A stretch of DNA of 53,085 bases from Vicugna vicugna. Taxonomy: Eukaryota. Within the stretch, counting starts at the first letter, position 1, and each line of letters begins with the position of its first letter. Positions 1 to 45,680 of this stretch are shown here, one piece after another. The notes beneath the pieces are model-generated. The model was not told where the DNA came from. It saw only the letters and a list, made by a program, of their open reading frames with translations, and did no database searches. The position numbers were made by a program, and so were the translations under genes. Where the stretch lies: the NCBI GenBank assembly GCA_013265495.1, contig MU057941.1, positions 124,001-177,085 on the forward strand. Reading direction: 5' to 3'.

Positions 1-850
1 ACTGAATGTTCAGGTAAAAGAAAAGAAAAAGAAAGAAGCATAATTTGTGTGTGGGTCTTATCTAAGAAGAGAAAACATCCCAATCAGTAAGAAAAGATAA
101 AATGCTGCCCTAGCACTTGATTTTAATATGATTTTACTGGGTAGATCATTAAATAACATGCATTGAACTATGGCAGACAGTATTTTCAACAGTGTTTTCA
201 CATAGGATGCAGAAACAACTTCTTCACCTGATCCTTTCTGTTACTGAATTATTATGATTTAAAGTATTAAGGAGAAAAATCTATGAAACTTTTTTTGAGT
301 AGGTCAATACAATTTCACTGAGGCACCTAGCTTTTCAATGATCTAATTTGATGCAGGGATAGAGTTCTAAGACTAAAGAGTCAGGCATCTCAAACCACAG
401 GATCTATATGAACAGGACCCATAGTGAGAGGTGCATTTTTAACTGCCACCTGTACATCCATGCATACATGTATGTGTGTAAGTAGATAAATAATTTACAT
501 GAAACAGATTTTATTTCTATCACCTGTAGTTATGCTACTAGTTTCTATTGTATTCTATTTCATTAAACATAGTAAGTTTGGTCATGACCCATTGTTTATA
601 ATGTATTTGGGCAGTTTTAATTGCCATTTTTCAGGGTAATTATTTTCTAAAAATAATTTAATTAGAACAAATGTGATGATATTACAGAGTTGAATGCAAA
701 AATCACACATTAAGATATAAAGCCAGAGATTTTTCAGAGAAATTCTGAAGGTCTGTTTATCCCATGCCCTACATCCCTCAGGCGTCTAGTTCCCCTTCTC
801 TGCTCTCAGTGGTGTTCACGTACGGAAGTCTGAGAAGCACTGAAGTAGAG

Positions 851-1039
851 CAGTACTTCTCAGAGGATGGTCCTTGGACCCACATCACCAGCATCTCTTG
901 CAAACTGTTTAAAAATGCAAATTTTAGGTCCCACCTCATATCTTCTGAATCTGAATCTCCGGGGGTAGGGGTCCAGGAACCAGTATTTTAACAAGCCCTT
1001 CAGATGATTCTTATTCACATCAAAGTTTGAGAAGCACTG
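851..1039. mobile_element. MER5A-like hAT-Charlie MITE
   Basis: 189 bp; imperfect TIRs CAGTACTTCTCA / TGAGAAGCACTG; 8-bp flanks AAGTAGAG / ATGTAGAG (TSD-like). Confidence 0.75.
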
Positions 1040-1216
1040 ATGTAGAGAAATGAATGATTAATGAGTCCATGTCCATCATCCCCAAATACAATTTCTTTCA
1101 TCTGTGCTTTTGAAAGTAAGAGAGGAACTCATTGGTGGGGATGGGGGACAGAACCTCCAGATCTCACTGCCAAGATTGAATCTCATTTCATCACCCATAC
1201 AACATGTAATTTGTAG

Positions 1217-12168
<10,952 letters not shown>

Positions 12169-12270
12169 TCATGACCTGATGCTATGGGATGACTGAAGAG
12201 AGGCACAAAATGTGAAGTCTTCAGTCATTTCTCTCTGTAATTGTTGTCTGTCCTACCCTATTGCAAAGGA

Positions 12271-12276
12271 AATAAA
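12271..12276 (+). terminator. MYH2: MYH2 polyadenylation signal AATAAA
   Basis: AATAAA about 100 nt after the stop, followed by T-rich sequence. Confidence 0.8.
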
Positions 12277-14469
12277 AAGCATAGGGCATTTTGCAAGCAA
12301 TATCCTTAGACTGGTCTTCTCTTTTCTCTTTCTCCTGAAACGATGTCAAAGCCTGAATGATCATAAGGGTATCAAACAATCACATTTGACCTGCCACTAA
12401 GAAATAACTATATTTGCTTTTATTTTAGGTTTATAGTAATACTTTAAGAGTATAAAGTTGTCGCTGACCAGGGAAGTCTGATCTGATGAGCAGAAATATG
12501 GAAGTTATTTTTATTTTTCTAAACTTTCCTTAGTATTGGGGAATATAGTAGGATCTTAAAAAGCTCCAGCTTCCCGTAACATGAACCTTATTTTCCAGGT
12601 CTACGCAAAGACTGGCACTGGTTATACTCTCACACAGGGGATTCCCACTGAAGTATATCGTTAATTCTCCTTGCTTAATAACTGTTATCAAGAATACAAG
12701 TATAACTATTAGCACAGGGAAATTTTCATCATTAATACCAATATATTCACAGCATATGCATCGGGTAATGGGTACAACATTAAAAAAGTAAGATGAGATC
12801 TTTCTCCTTATGAAAGATACAAAGTGGCTATGAAGTCTGGAGACAAAATATTACTCTATATGCTATATAATATCAATAAATGGTTTATTAGCCAATGTTT
12901 CCAGATTTTATGGCCCTCTATAATCACGTAAAGATTATAAATGATTATTTATATCAATCAATAAATGACTAAAAGTATCAATACGAATCCTCCAAATAAA
13001 TTATTCAAATGTATACTGAACACAGATAATGATAAGTATGAATTTGGTGCAAAAACTAGACATGGTAGCAATCTGAATTACTCAGAGAAGTTTCCTGAGA
13101 GAATCAAGATGTCTTAAACTGGATTCAGTTGTGATGCACAGCCAAAAAGGTAACCTTCCCGGAGAGAGTAATTTAAATGCCCCTGTGAGAGAATGCCTTA
13201 AATCAGATGTGTGGAAGCAGCTTCACAGGGAATCTGGATTCACACTGGCCTCAGGAAGGGTGTGGAATCACTTTTCACTGAACTTCCACTGTGTTCCCAC
13301 ATCACCTGTAAATACTTAGTGCCTCAGAACTTGGCTGTAATGACCAAAAACAACATCTTATTTTCTACTTACTGGAAAATCTACCCAAAGCAGTCAAAAA
13401 GCCAAATTTAAAAATTCCCATGGAATCCTATTGAGAGCATTATTAAAGTGTTCTCTCCCTGAGAACACTGACATTTTCCAGATGCCTGATCAAGAAAGGG
13501 TGTAAGAAAGTAAAATGATGTGCCTGTGGCTACAAAGCAGGTTAAGAGTTGGCTAGGCATGCCCACTCAGACGCATGTGTCCTGTAAGACCCTTCCTGAT
13601 GCCTTTAACCTACTTTAGGTGGAACACTGTAAAAAGCACGCTGGGCTGCAAACCAGGTGACCAAGGTCTGGACTGCTGTGTGATCTGTGAACTCTCTTCT
13701 ATTCTTTGAATTTCAGTTTCTTTCTCAGTGACAAGAGGAATATGGATTTAATAGTCCCTTACAGCAATAAAATCATGTAACCATTATGAACAGTATCTCC
13801 AGATACCTGCTTTCATAAGGCAGCCTATTTCCATTAAATTGACTGAAATATAATTACAATAATGCAGGAATGGCTTCAAAACAGGGTATATTAAGCAAAT
13901 TCTGTCTCAATCTCAGACAGACAATGATGACACAGAGAGAGGCAAGGCCATGGAGACAATAAAACAAACTTTTTTTTAATAAAAAATCAGAATGGAAAAT
14001 AATGTGCCTGTATCATTCACAAGCAAAATGTGAACTATATACCATGGATAACTGATGGAGGAGAAGTCACAGATGCTGCATATGTAGACAGAGAAATGCT
14101 CTGTTTTCTAGTATTTTCTTACGCTAAGTTTCACAGAGGATTTCACAAAAAAACTGGTGTTAAAAAAAAGAGAGAGAGCAAGCAAGAGGCAGAACATCCG
14201 AGCTCGGCGAGGCAATACAATCTTGGAGCAAGCCTGAAGTGGGAGTGGAGTGATCTGACAGTGAACAGACTGACTGAAGGAAACAAAAGAAGCCGTCTGT
14301 CTTTGGCTGCTCTTCATGAAGCAGGTTTTAAAATTAAATTTCGAAGCATCCTCCAAAAAGTACAGCAAATTAAGGGAAAAAATTATGGCTTCTCGGGAGA
14401 AACTCGCCATCTTTTCCTAACTCTCTGGTAAAGAGCAGAAACTTTCCTCCCGGGTATAGTATCTGCAAT

Positions 14470-14790
14470 CGTGCGGCAGCTGAAGAGCCCTGACACGGCA
14501 AGGCAGGGAAACCAGGTGGAGGGCACGCAGATCCCGGCTGCCTGTGAAACAACGCCTCACATTATTCCGCAGGCGGTCACTTTCAGGTTGCCAACAACTC
14601 AAATTATTTATAGGAGACTGATTTATACACTGAACCCAATGTGAGACGAAATATTTCTAATTATATCCAAACATCTTTAATATGAGGGGAATTATGCTTG
14701 GAGACCTTCATTGCCAAAAACACGTTTTGCCAAATATGATTTAAGAAAGGGGAGGAGGCTACGTGTTTTCCATATTTGACCCTATAAAAG
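14470..14790 (+). promoter_or_regulatory. MYH1: MYH1 proximal promoter
   Basis: TATAAAA 14783-14789; AT-rich MEF2-like blocks 14599-14614 and 14648-14669, identical to blocks in the MYH4 promoter; paired TTGCCAA at 14711 and 14727; E-boxes at 14477 and 14513. Confidence 0.8.
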
Positions 14791-14810
14791 TGCCCTTGGA
14801 ATGAGTATGA

Positions 14811-14836
14811 CTTGTCTTTCCTCATAAAGCTTCAAG
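14811..14836 (+). other. MYH1: MYH1 non-coding exon 1 (start approximate)
   Basis: About 28 nt after TATA, ends AAG|gtaagt. Joined to exon 2 it gives AGCTTCAAG/TTCTGACCCACT, resembling the IIx 5'UTR as recalled. Confidence 0.7.
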
Positions 14837-15089
14837 GTAAGTGTGTGTGAGGACAGGCCCTGTCGGAGGACCGGCAGGGATGTCTGGCTGCCCGCACGCA
14901 TGCCACACATCCTGGCTCCCACTGCTGCTGGCAGCCCTTCCAGCCAAGCACCAACTTAGACGCTGTAGCAATTTTAATTAGATGCTTCAGTGTTCCCAGT
15001 CATTTCCTGCTTCTCAGTTAAGAATCATTCATGCTACAGCTGGGAATTGCCAGAATTTAACCAAAGGAAATTTGCTTTTTTTCTTACAG

Positions 15090-15120
15090 TTCTGACCCAC
15101 TTCAAGGTTGCATCTCTAAG
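15090..15120 (+). other. MYH1: MYH1 non-coding exon 2
   Basis: ttttttcttacag acceptor and AAG|gtaaga donor. Confidence 0.7.
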
Positions 15121-16628
15121 GTAAGATACTGATTTTTTATTTCTGATTCTTGGCAGGGTGCAAGAAATCTTTTGCAGTGGTTTGGAGAGTGGCCGGGGGG
15201 ATTATAAAATAAAAGCATTTCAATTTCATGGCTGTTCATTCTTCCCTTGAAAAACTCCGAGGGGGACTTTACAGACTGGTTCTCATTAATTTATATCTTT
15301 TGCAATATATGAAATTTCTGCTTTCTCAGAATCTTCAGGAGTTTTAGATACATTTTTTCTATTTGTAGCATTACAGGTTGTCTTTCAAATAACTGAATTG
15401 CAACATGCAATATAACATTCCAGAGCATTATAATTCATTCATAGAGAAAATGTAAATTTCATACTACAGCTTTTACTCAGTACAATATATAATATAAAAT
15501 ATCTTAAGAAGCTGTCTAAATGGATAAGCAGAATGGATAGAATCCTTGCCTTGGAAAATGGCTGAAATCTGCATGGTGTTTCACATGCTATAAAATGGAC
15601 ATTTTTAAAAATATGATGTGAAAGTTGATTGTGAGCATTTTTTAGCAAGACAAAAGATTTTAGTTGTACTTTCCAAATCACTGTAGTTTGAATGGAAAAA
15701 TGTTAAGAAGTGCTTTGAGTTTTCCTGGAAGATGTCTTTATTATTACAAAACAGGTTACATATGATCATTATTGACAGGATTAACAGATGCTAAAGTGAC
15801 AAGAAAAAAATTTTCTGAAATTTTATAAAGATATTAGTAATAAAGTAAGAAAATATAGGTAATAACACTTATAATAAGTTTCTGAGAATACTAAAGGTGG
15901 GTAAAGAAGCGGAGCTTGTCAGAAGAAGGACACAGGAACAGGAGAAACTGACGTGTAATAGAATATTTTTGACAAAACAAGGTTGCTCTCATTTCCACTT
16001 TCCTCTATTAGGTAGTCTTTGAAAACCCCAAATCTATAAAGAAAAGCTTTTCACCATGTACAAAACAGTTCCTATAATTTTACAATGTATTTCTATTGAA
16101 CTTTTAATTGATAAAGCCAGCTTTGATCCTTCCCTGTACATAGCATGTGTCCTAAGAGGCGTGAGGGATGCTGTAAAAGGAAAGCACTCCCTGCCTGCAA
16201 GATGCTTATAATCTAGCTGGACGATCAGAACTAAGAGTTCAAGAGCTGGAGAAGCCCTGCTGTCACGTTAGCACTGTGTTCTGGATACCCTGACATGGGT
16301 CCCTTCTAAAGGTTAATACGCAAATGAAACAGGAAAAGGAGGTACAACATCATACAATGGATGAGCCAGAAACAAGAGTTTCTTTCCAAATACAAGAGTA
16401 ATTATCTGTTAGCACTGGCACAGAACGCAGAGAATGACATTTCACCTCCAGCCAAGCCAGGGAGGTGCTCATACCAAACATGATGCTCGCTCTAAACTGG
16501 TCAGGAAATGAAAACTGTTTTGGTTTTTTAACATAAATCTAATGGTCCAGCTTCTGAATTTTTATAGTATCTTTTCTTCCTCTACCAGGCAGGGTCTTTG
16601 ACTGGGCTGCCATCAATAACCTGCAGCC

Positions 16629-38651
<22,023 letters not shown>

Positions 38652-38736
38652 GTCACCCAAATGCTAAAAAGTGACCAAAGAAATGCACAAAATGTGAAAA
38701 TCTTTGTCACTCTGTTTTATACTAATGAGTTTTGCA

Positions 38737-38742
38737 GATAAA
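38737..38742 (+). terminator. MYH1: Probable MYH1 variant poly(A) signal GATAAA
   Basis: Roughly equivalent position to the MYH2 AATAAA, with GT/T-rich downstream sequence. Confidence 0.55.
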
Positions 38743-40184
38743 AAATTTATCTGTAAGGAACTTGTGAGTCTCTTTTTTCCCCACTGTGTCAATTTATATT
38801 TTTATCCAACAAGAAAGAATTAAACAAATGTTTTACTTATATGTTAAGGAGAAAGATTTAGTCACCAAGAATAAAACATGGCAGGAGCATCCAGGTCAAT
38901 CCTCATCAGTAAGAGCCCTCAACATCATATATGCCCCTTGGGAAGCAAGAGGCAGATCTTCAGCATACAAAATACAGGGCATACAGAATACAGAGTAAAC
39001 CTCGCCTGGCAAAGCCTTAGCTAGTTACCAGAAAAAAATGGATTTCTGTTAATGAAGTCATTGATTTTTTTTTCATAAAATGGTAGGAAATCCTTGATCC
39101 TAAGACTGAATAAAAACAAATCAAAACACCAATTACCTACATAAAATAAAAGTTGAAAAAAATGGAACAGACACTCAAAAATGCAAACTCTCCACTAAGT
39201 TTGGATTAGGACCCTTTGAGAGGGAAACACGTTCTACAGAATTTTCGGAACTTTTATTTTTTGTTACCTACAGATGTCTAGTTGTTTGTTTTACTGCGCC
39301 TCCTCGCTTGTTACTACATTAGAATGGTAAACAGGAATGAAGAATGAATATACTTTCAGTATCTGTTCTTTATCTTTGCAAATTTCTGTACATTTTACAA
39401 GGCTTTCTCCTAGTACTCCTGCTGGCAATAGACGGTCAAGTAATATTTTTAAAAAGGCAGTTCCCTGCTTTCACTATTTTATCTTTTGGTTGCTATACTG
39501 TGCCTTTCTATAGCGCACGGTAGTTTTTATCATCATTACTCTAACTGGTATTATACTACAGAGTTAGGTGCACTGAGGCTAGCATGGACCTTCTATTTAT
39601 CTCATTTTTAATAGGCAGGGAGCGGGTAAAACAGCCAGTATCTTGTCCATTATGAATACATACAACAAAGGTCTTACAAGAACGTCACACACCTATTTAA
39701 AAGAAGCAATACACAAGTAAATGTTTTTAATTTTATTATTAAGGAGGTTAAACTTTCCAGCTGCACCCTCTGGATCTCAGTTTCTGGGGAAGATTCCCTC
39801 TGGGGGGTTACACACCTCCACCTATTTTTTATTGATCATTAGAGCCAACTGTTGGACGCTATAACTTGAGCTGCACGTTAAAAAATTTATAAAGCAGTTT
39901 TTAATAGTCCTTAATATATTATCCAATTTTCTACCAATGATTACAACCTGATATTCTAATTCCACATTGCCATTTCACTGGTTGACTTAATGAGAAAAAT
40001 GAAGAGAGAAATGGACAAACGTTAAGCAGAGCAGCAGGAAAGGAAGGCAGGGTCTGATAGTGGTAGCCAATCTTAGTTGTACCCCACTTAATACTGACTT
40101 TCCTGGAAAACATGAGATTCCTTACGCCACTGGGACATTCTCCCACCTTTTTTTTTTTTTAAACACCCACTTCCCTGTGTTCCT

Positions 40185-40355
40185 TTATTTTTTTTAAATA
40201 GACTTAATTTTTTTAGAGCAGTTTCAGATTTCAGCAGAATTGAGCAGAAAATACAAAGAGTTCCCACAGAGCCCTCTCCACCACACATATATACTCCCCT
40301 ACCCTCAGCATCCCTCATCAGTGTGGCATGTTTGGTGCAATCGATGAACCAACAT
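40185..40355 (-). mobile_element. L1MC-like 3' end fragment
   Basis: TTTTTTAGAGCAGTTTCAGATTT..CAGAATTGAGCAGAAAATACAAAGAGTTCCCA motif. Confidence 0.6.
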
Positions 40356-40479
40356 CATTCCCCCACCTTCTCGCTTGAATCGAACTCTGCCCCCCACCCC
40401 CACCCCGAGAACAGTGCCTCCCTGGAAGCTTCTGAAAGAAGGACATTATGCTCTCACACTTTAAGAATGCCTTTGTCCT

Positions 40480-42950
40480 GACCTAGAAGCGAAAAACCCC
40501 CTCAATCCCTACTGCTATTTATCCTCTTACAGAAAGCGCCTCCTTTAAGATGCATGCTATTCTGCTATGCCACATGCCTACTACTGTCATCAACTGACTT
40601 TTCATTCATTGAAGAGTTTGGCATCTCCTCCCTCTCCACCCAGTTCTTACTACATTCCTGGGAGACTTCAACATCCACCTGGGTGATTCATCCAGTACAC
40701 TGACTTGCCCTCCACTGCTTTCTCTTCCACTCCATCTCTTCCACAGCCTCACTCTAGAAAATGCCCAACCTTCTAATTCACCAAATCAGGCATCTCTGCC
40801 CTGGTTTTCTAGCTTCCTTGTTGCACTATCTCCAACACAATTCCTCAACCCCACTGGCACCTCCAGTATTCTAACTTCTCACTTCTTCCATACCCAACAG
40901 ACCCTATTTCATCTTTTTTTCTCTCACAACTAAGCAAAAACTCATAATCTAGCTTTTTGTCTAGTTTACTGACAATATTCTAAATGTCCTGGCCATCTTC
41001 TATTCCTTGTCACACTTGAGTGCAAAGACACTAAACCTGAATGAATCAAATAGTTCATTACTCCACACTTCAGAGAAAATGATGCCATCATAAAGTCCCA
41101 ATCACTAACCCCACTGAGCCTTCAGTGCTGGAGTCATGCAGTCAATTTCTGACTATTTCCCTCTATTTCAAATCTTCCCACTCTCCTCAAATCTCCATTT
41201 CCCTCTTTGGCCCCAGAAAATGATCTTACATCTTGCTTAAAAGAAAAAATAGATGCCATCACATGGAAATGGCCACACATTTTTACTGCAAAGCCAGCTT
41301 CATCCTTCTAGTGTGGAGGTCTCTCCTCCAATTAGGGCCACCACCTCCACCTGGCTTTGAATATCATCCCCTCCCTCCACAGAATATTGATATAATGGAC
41401 TATCCTTTCAGTTTTATTCCCAATCCCTCCCACTCTATCTTTTCTTACGTTCTCTTGACCCTATTTTTATCTACAGCTATTGTCTCATTTCTCTGCTTTC
41501 CTTTAAAACACAAATTCTCAAAAGTGTTGTATATACAGACTGTCTCCATTTCCTCACCTCTTCCCTACTCCTCTTCTCACTCCAGTCTGGCTTTTGCTCT
41601 CTCCATTCTACCTAAATGCATCTCACTATGATCCTCAGTGAATTCTTCATTGCTAAGTCGAATGGACAGTTCTCAAAGCTCAATTAACTTGATCTTCCAA
41701 CTGTATATTACACATCTGGCTGTTCTCTCATATAGGAAATGTTCTCTTCCCTTGATTTCTAGAACTCTTCCCTACCCTGGTGTTCTTCATAGCTCTAGCT
41801 CTCCATCCTCTCCTTCTCTCTCCTCACGAGCTCATCTTTCTCTGCCTAACCTTCAAAAGATTTTGTGAACTCAGTGGAATGTGTCTCAGGTTCCATCGTA
41901 GGTCCCCTCTCTTCTCACTTCACATTTTCTCCCTGGATAATCTCATCTGCTCCCTTAGTGTCTATTACCATCCAAAATCTATAAATTTCAAACTTATAAT
42001 CCATCTCTAGTTCTCTACTCTGAGCTCCAGACTTGGTATCTCTGTTAATAGGCACTTTAGACTCAACACAGTCAAAATGAATTCATTACCTTCCCTTCCT
42101 CTCCTAAAACCTTCCTGTATTACTATATTGTTCCCTGCCATAGTGGATGGCAACAAAAATCACTCAGTTGCTCAAGCTAAATATTTACGAATCATTCTTG
42201 AAGTCTATCTGTCCTTCACTCACCCATATCTAATCAAATCATTATGCTTTTTACTTAAATATCTTTCAAGACCATCAACTTTTCTCTGTATTTTCTGCTA
42301 TATTCCTCATCTGAACTACCACCATCTACTGCCTGGTCTCTTACACATTTATTCCTCCTTTCTAAGTCCAAACCATTCTGGCAAAATTTAAACTGCAGCC
42401 ACTGAAATCTATTTTTAAAAGCAATCATCTGATCACGTTACTCTCTATCTTAGAGCCATTCGTTTGCTCCTGGCAGAAAGACTAAATCCTGAAGATGGTC
42501 CTGGCCCACCCTGCAAGCTTCACCTTGTGATACTCTCCTCCCTCTTCATGTTTCAGCTGCACCTAACCTCCTCTCAGTTCCACGAACATAACTGAGCCTC
42601 TTCACGTCAGGGACTTGTACATGCTGTTCCCTCAGCTTCAAGGACTTTTTTACCTCCCACCTCCGTATTTTGACCAAGAGGCCTACTCATCCTCTAAATG
42701 TCACATTCAACTTAACTTCTATAAGAAAATCTCCCTAGACCCTCCAGAAATGGTCATATTTCCCTGTTATATGTTCTCTTCACTTATCACTTACTAAACT
42801 GTGAATAATGTCTTCCTCCCTCATTAAAATGTAAGCTACATGAGTACAGGTTTGGGGTCAACTGTGTTCATCCTTGTAACCCTCCACTTGGCACTGTGAT
42901 TTGATTACAGCACATATTCAGTAATTACATTCTGAAAGCGTGAATGAATC
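40480..42950 (+). mobile_element. Long degraded L2 LINE
   Basis: Pyrimidine-rich; GGAGACTTCAACATCCAC (endonuclease GDFN-like) and CTGAGCTCCAGACT; ends TGAATGAAT; boundaries approximate. Confidence 0.65.
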
Positions 42951-43285
42951 AACGTTTCCATACCTTTGAATCTGCTACCTGCATGCCCTCCAACTCTCGT
43001 CCACTGGCAAATGTTACCCATTCCTTAAGCCTCCGCTTAAATGTTACTCCGTTTAATGCCTTCTTCAGCAGACAAAGCACCTACTCTATGGCACCCAGGT
43101 AGATGTCAATGTTTCTTTCCCATATTTTATTATCTTTGTCACATTCTTCTCATTCCCATTGCTTCTGACCATAATGCTCCTGTCTCCTCTTTGTAAGTCC
43201 ACCCTAGTCATCCTTCAAGGGCACTGGTTCCAAGAAGCCTTCTCTTATTGGAAGGAGAACTCTCTAGAGCAATTATCTAATACTT

Positions 43286-44135
43286 TCTCCTGTTCAGTCA
43301 TCACTTCCTGTCTCATCTCTCCCATTCAATTATTCCATCCTGTTTTATCTCTTATGTTCAGTTATTGTATTTTGTCTCATGCCTAGTTACTCTTAACTCT
43401 CCTGTCCAGTTACTGCATCTTTCTTGTCTCCTGCACATTTATTGCATCCTATGTTCTGTTGCATCTATTGCATCCTGTCCTATCTCTGTTCAGTTATTTC
43501 AGCCTTCCTCATCTTTCCCATTCAGCTATTTCATCCTGCCTTGTCTCTCCTGCTCATTTGCTACATCCCGTCTTGTCCCTTCCTCATTTATTGCATCCTG
43601 TCTCATCTCTCCGTTATTCTACCCCATTTTGTCTCTCCTACTCTTTTTTGAACCTTGTATTATCTGGCCTGCTCACTTACTGTACCCTGTCTTATCTCGG
43701 CAATTCAGTTATTCCTTCCTGTCTTCTCTCTCATATTCATTTATCGCATCCTGTCCTCTCTCTCTTCCTCCTTCCCTCCCTCACCGTCACCTCTCATTTA
43801 CTGCATCTTGTCTCGCCTCTCCCACATCCTTTCTTATCTCTCTGCTTCAGTTCCTCCTGTCTTATCTCTTCCATTCAGTTATTCTATCCTATCTTCTCTC
43901 TCCTGTTCTGTTACTATATCCTGTCTTCTCTCTCTCCTTCTCATTTATTGCATCCTTAAGAAAGAGAGAAGAATATTCCCTCTTCAACTACAGCACCCTG
44001 TCTTATCTCTTCTTTTTACTCCGCCCCTCTTATCCTTCATGGTCAGTTGTTGTTTCCTGTCTTATGTCTCCTGCTCAGCCGATGCACTCTGCCATCTCTA
44101 CTCTTACATTACTGCATCCTGTCTTATTTCTTTTG
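43286..44135. repeat. Degenerate ~32-bp tandem repeat array (about 25 units)
   Basis: Anchors at 43293/43325/43357 and 43489/43521/43553 give a 32-bp period; approximate consensus TCCTGTTCAGTTATTGCATCCTGTCTTATCTC. Confidence 0.8.
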
Positions 44136-44258
44136 TTATTCAAAGCAAGGCCAGATTTTAGATTGTTCATTTTTTTAAAGAAAAATAGTTGCATTTATCC
44201 ACTTTTTACTTCTGAATTTCCCCTAACTGCAACATATATTTAAGAAAAATAAAAAACT

Positions 44259-44580
44259 TATGCTAAGTGAAACAAGCCAGACACAGAGGGCCATATGTTA
44301 TATAATTTCATTTATATGAAATACCCAGAATAGGCAAATGTATGGAGACATGAAGATTATTCATTGCCTGGGAGTGAGAGTGAGGAGTAGGGAATGGGGA
44401 CTGACTGCTAAGGCATGTGAAATTTCTTTTTAGAGGGGACAAAAATGTTCTAAAATTAGATATGGCAATGCTTTCACAACCCCATCAATATACTAAAAAC
44501 ACACTGAACTGTACACTAGAAAGAGTAAATTGTATAGTATGTGAATTACATCTCAGTAAAGATGTTTTTTCCTTTAAAAG
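44259..44580 (+). mobile_element. L1M(B)-type 3' UTR fragment
   Basis: TATGCTAAGTGAAACAAGCCAGACACA...TATGTGAATTACATCTCAGTAAA. Confidence 0.7.
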
Positions 44581-44979
44581 TAAAAGAAGAAAAACAACAG
44601 TTTTTTTACATCTTTCTCTTGGTTTCAACATCTTTAAGACCAATAGGCAGCTGTATACATGGTACAATTTATAGAAATCCAAAATATTCACAAACAATAA
44701 GTATATGAAAACTAAAACATTTACTACATTTTCCCAACACAACTTCCTCTTATTTCTTCACAATTCTCTTTCATTGATATCAACGTCTTGGCACTTCCTT
44801 TCTGGACTAAAAGTATTTTAGTACACACCTAAAACATGAACAGAAAAATAAAAATCCTAACATAAAAGGCCTCCTTTTGAAGCAAGATGCCCAAGTGTAT
44901 TTTGCTATCTAACTGGAACTAAGAAAGAAGAGAGAATTCAAGGTAAAATTAAAATTAAATTTGCTGATTTGCAGCTACA

Positions 44980-45680
44980 ATAACTTGAACATGGTCCAGG
45001 TCATCATTCTATTCCACCTACATTGTTGCAATGGCCTGCTGCCTCCCCTTGGCCTCCCCTTGCTGCCTACAATCTATGTTCAGCATAGGAATCAGAGTGG
45101 TTCTTCTAAATCTTCAGTCAGATTACATTGCTTCACTTCCTAAAATTCTCCTCTGGCTTTCTACCTCATTCAGATTAAAAACCAAAATCCCTAATACTGT
45201 CCCCCAAGATCTTACATTATCTGACACTCCCTATCTCATTTCCTCCCACTCTCCCCCTGTTACAGGCTTCCTTGCTTCTCCTTGAATACTTTAGGTTTAC
45301 TACTGCCTCAGGGCCTTTGCACTTTCTGTTCCCTCTGTCCAAAATACTTCCCTTCTAACTATCCATATTACTTACTCCTTCACTTCCCTCAAACTTCTAC
45401 TCAAATGTCACCTTATTATAGAAGCTTTGCTAGATCACCCACCTTGTGTAATATTCCCTTTCCCCCATACTCTGCTTTATTATTCTTTTTAGCACTTAAT
45501 ACCGTTTGGCATATTATAAATTGACTTGTTTATTTGCTTGTGTACGTCCACTCCTCATTGAATGAAACTGCCACGAGAGCATGGGCTTTGCCAGTTTTTG
45601 TAGTAACCCTGTGCTGGAACAGTGGCTGACACATAGTGGACATGCAATAAACATGTGGAACCTACAAGTGAGTAAATGAC
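44980..45680 (+). mobile_element. L2 LINE 3' fragment
   Basis: CCTCAGGGCCTTTGCAC, CTCAAATGTCACC, CACATAGTGG..CAATAAA motifs; boundaries approximate. Confidence 0.6.

Noticed and set aside
41233..42797. Cluster of 60-132 aa ORFs in intergenic DNA
   Set aside because: They fall within a decayed L2 element, with no splice structure or recognisable intact domain.
43286..44135. CRISPR-like or other repeat-spacer array
   Set aside because: Units are contiguous and degenerate with no unique spacers, there are no cas-like genes, and the context is a mammalian locus.
43365..44243. 292-aa ORF plus overlapping 166- and 168-aa ORFs
   Set aside because: They lie in the pyrimidine-rich tandem array where stops are depleted in all three frames. 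The sequence is S/L/F/P low-complexity, and these ORFs begin at TTG codons.
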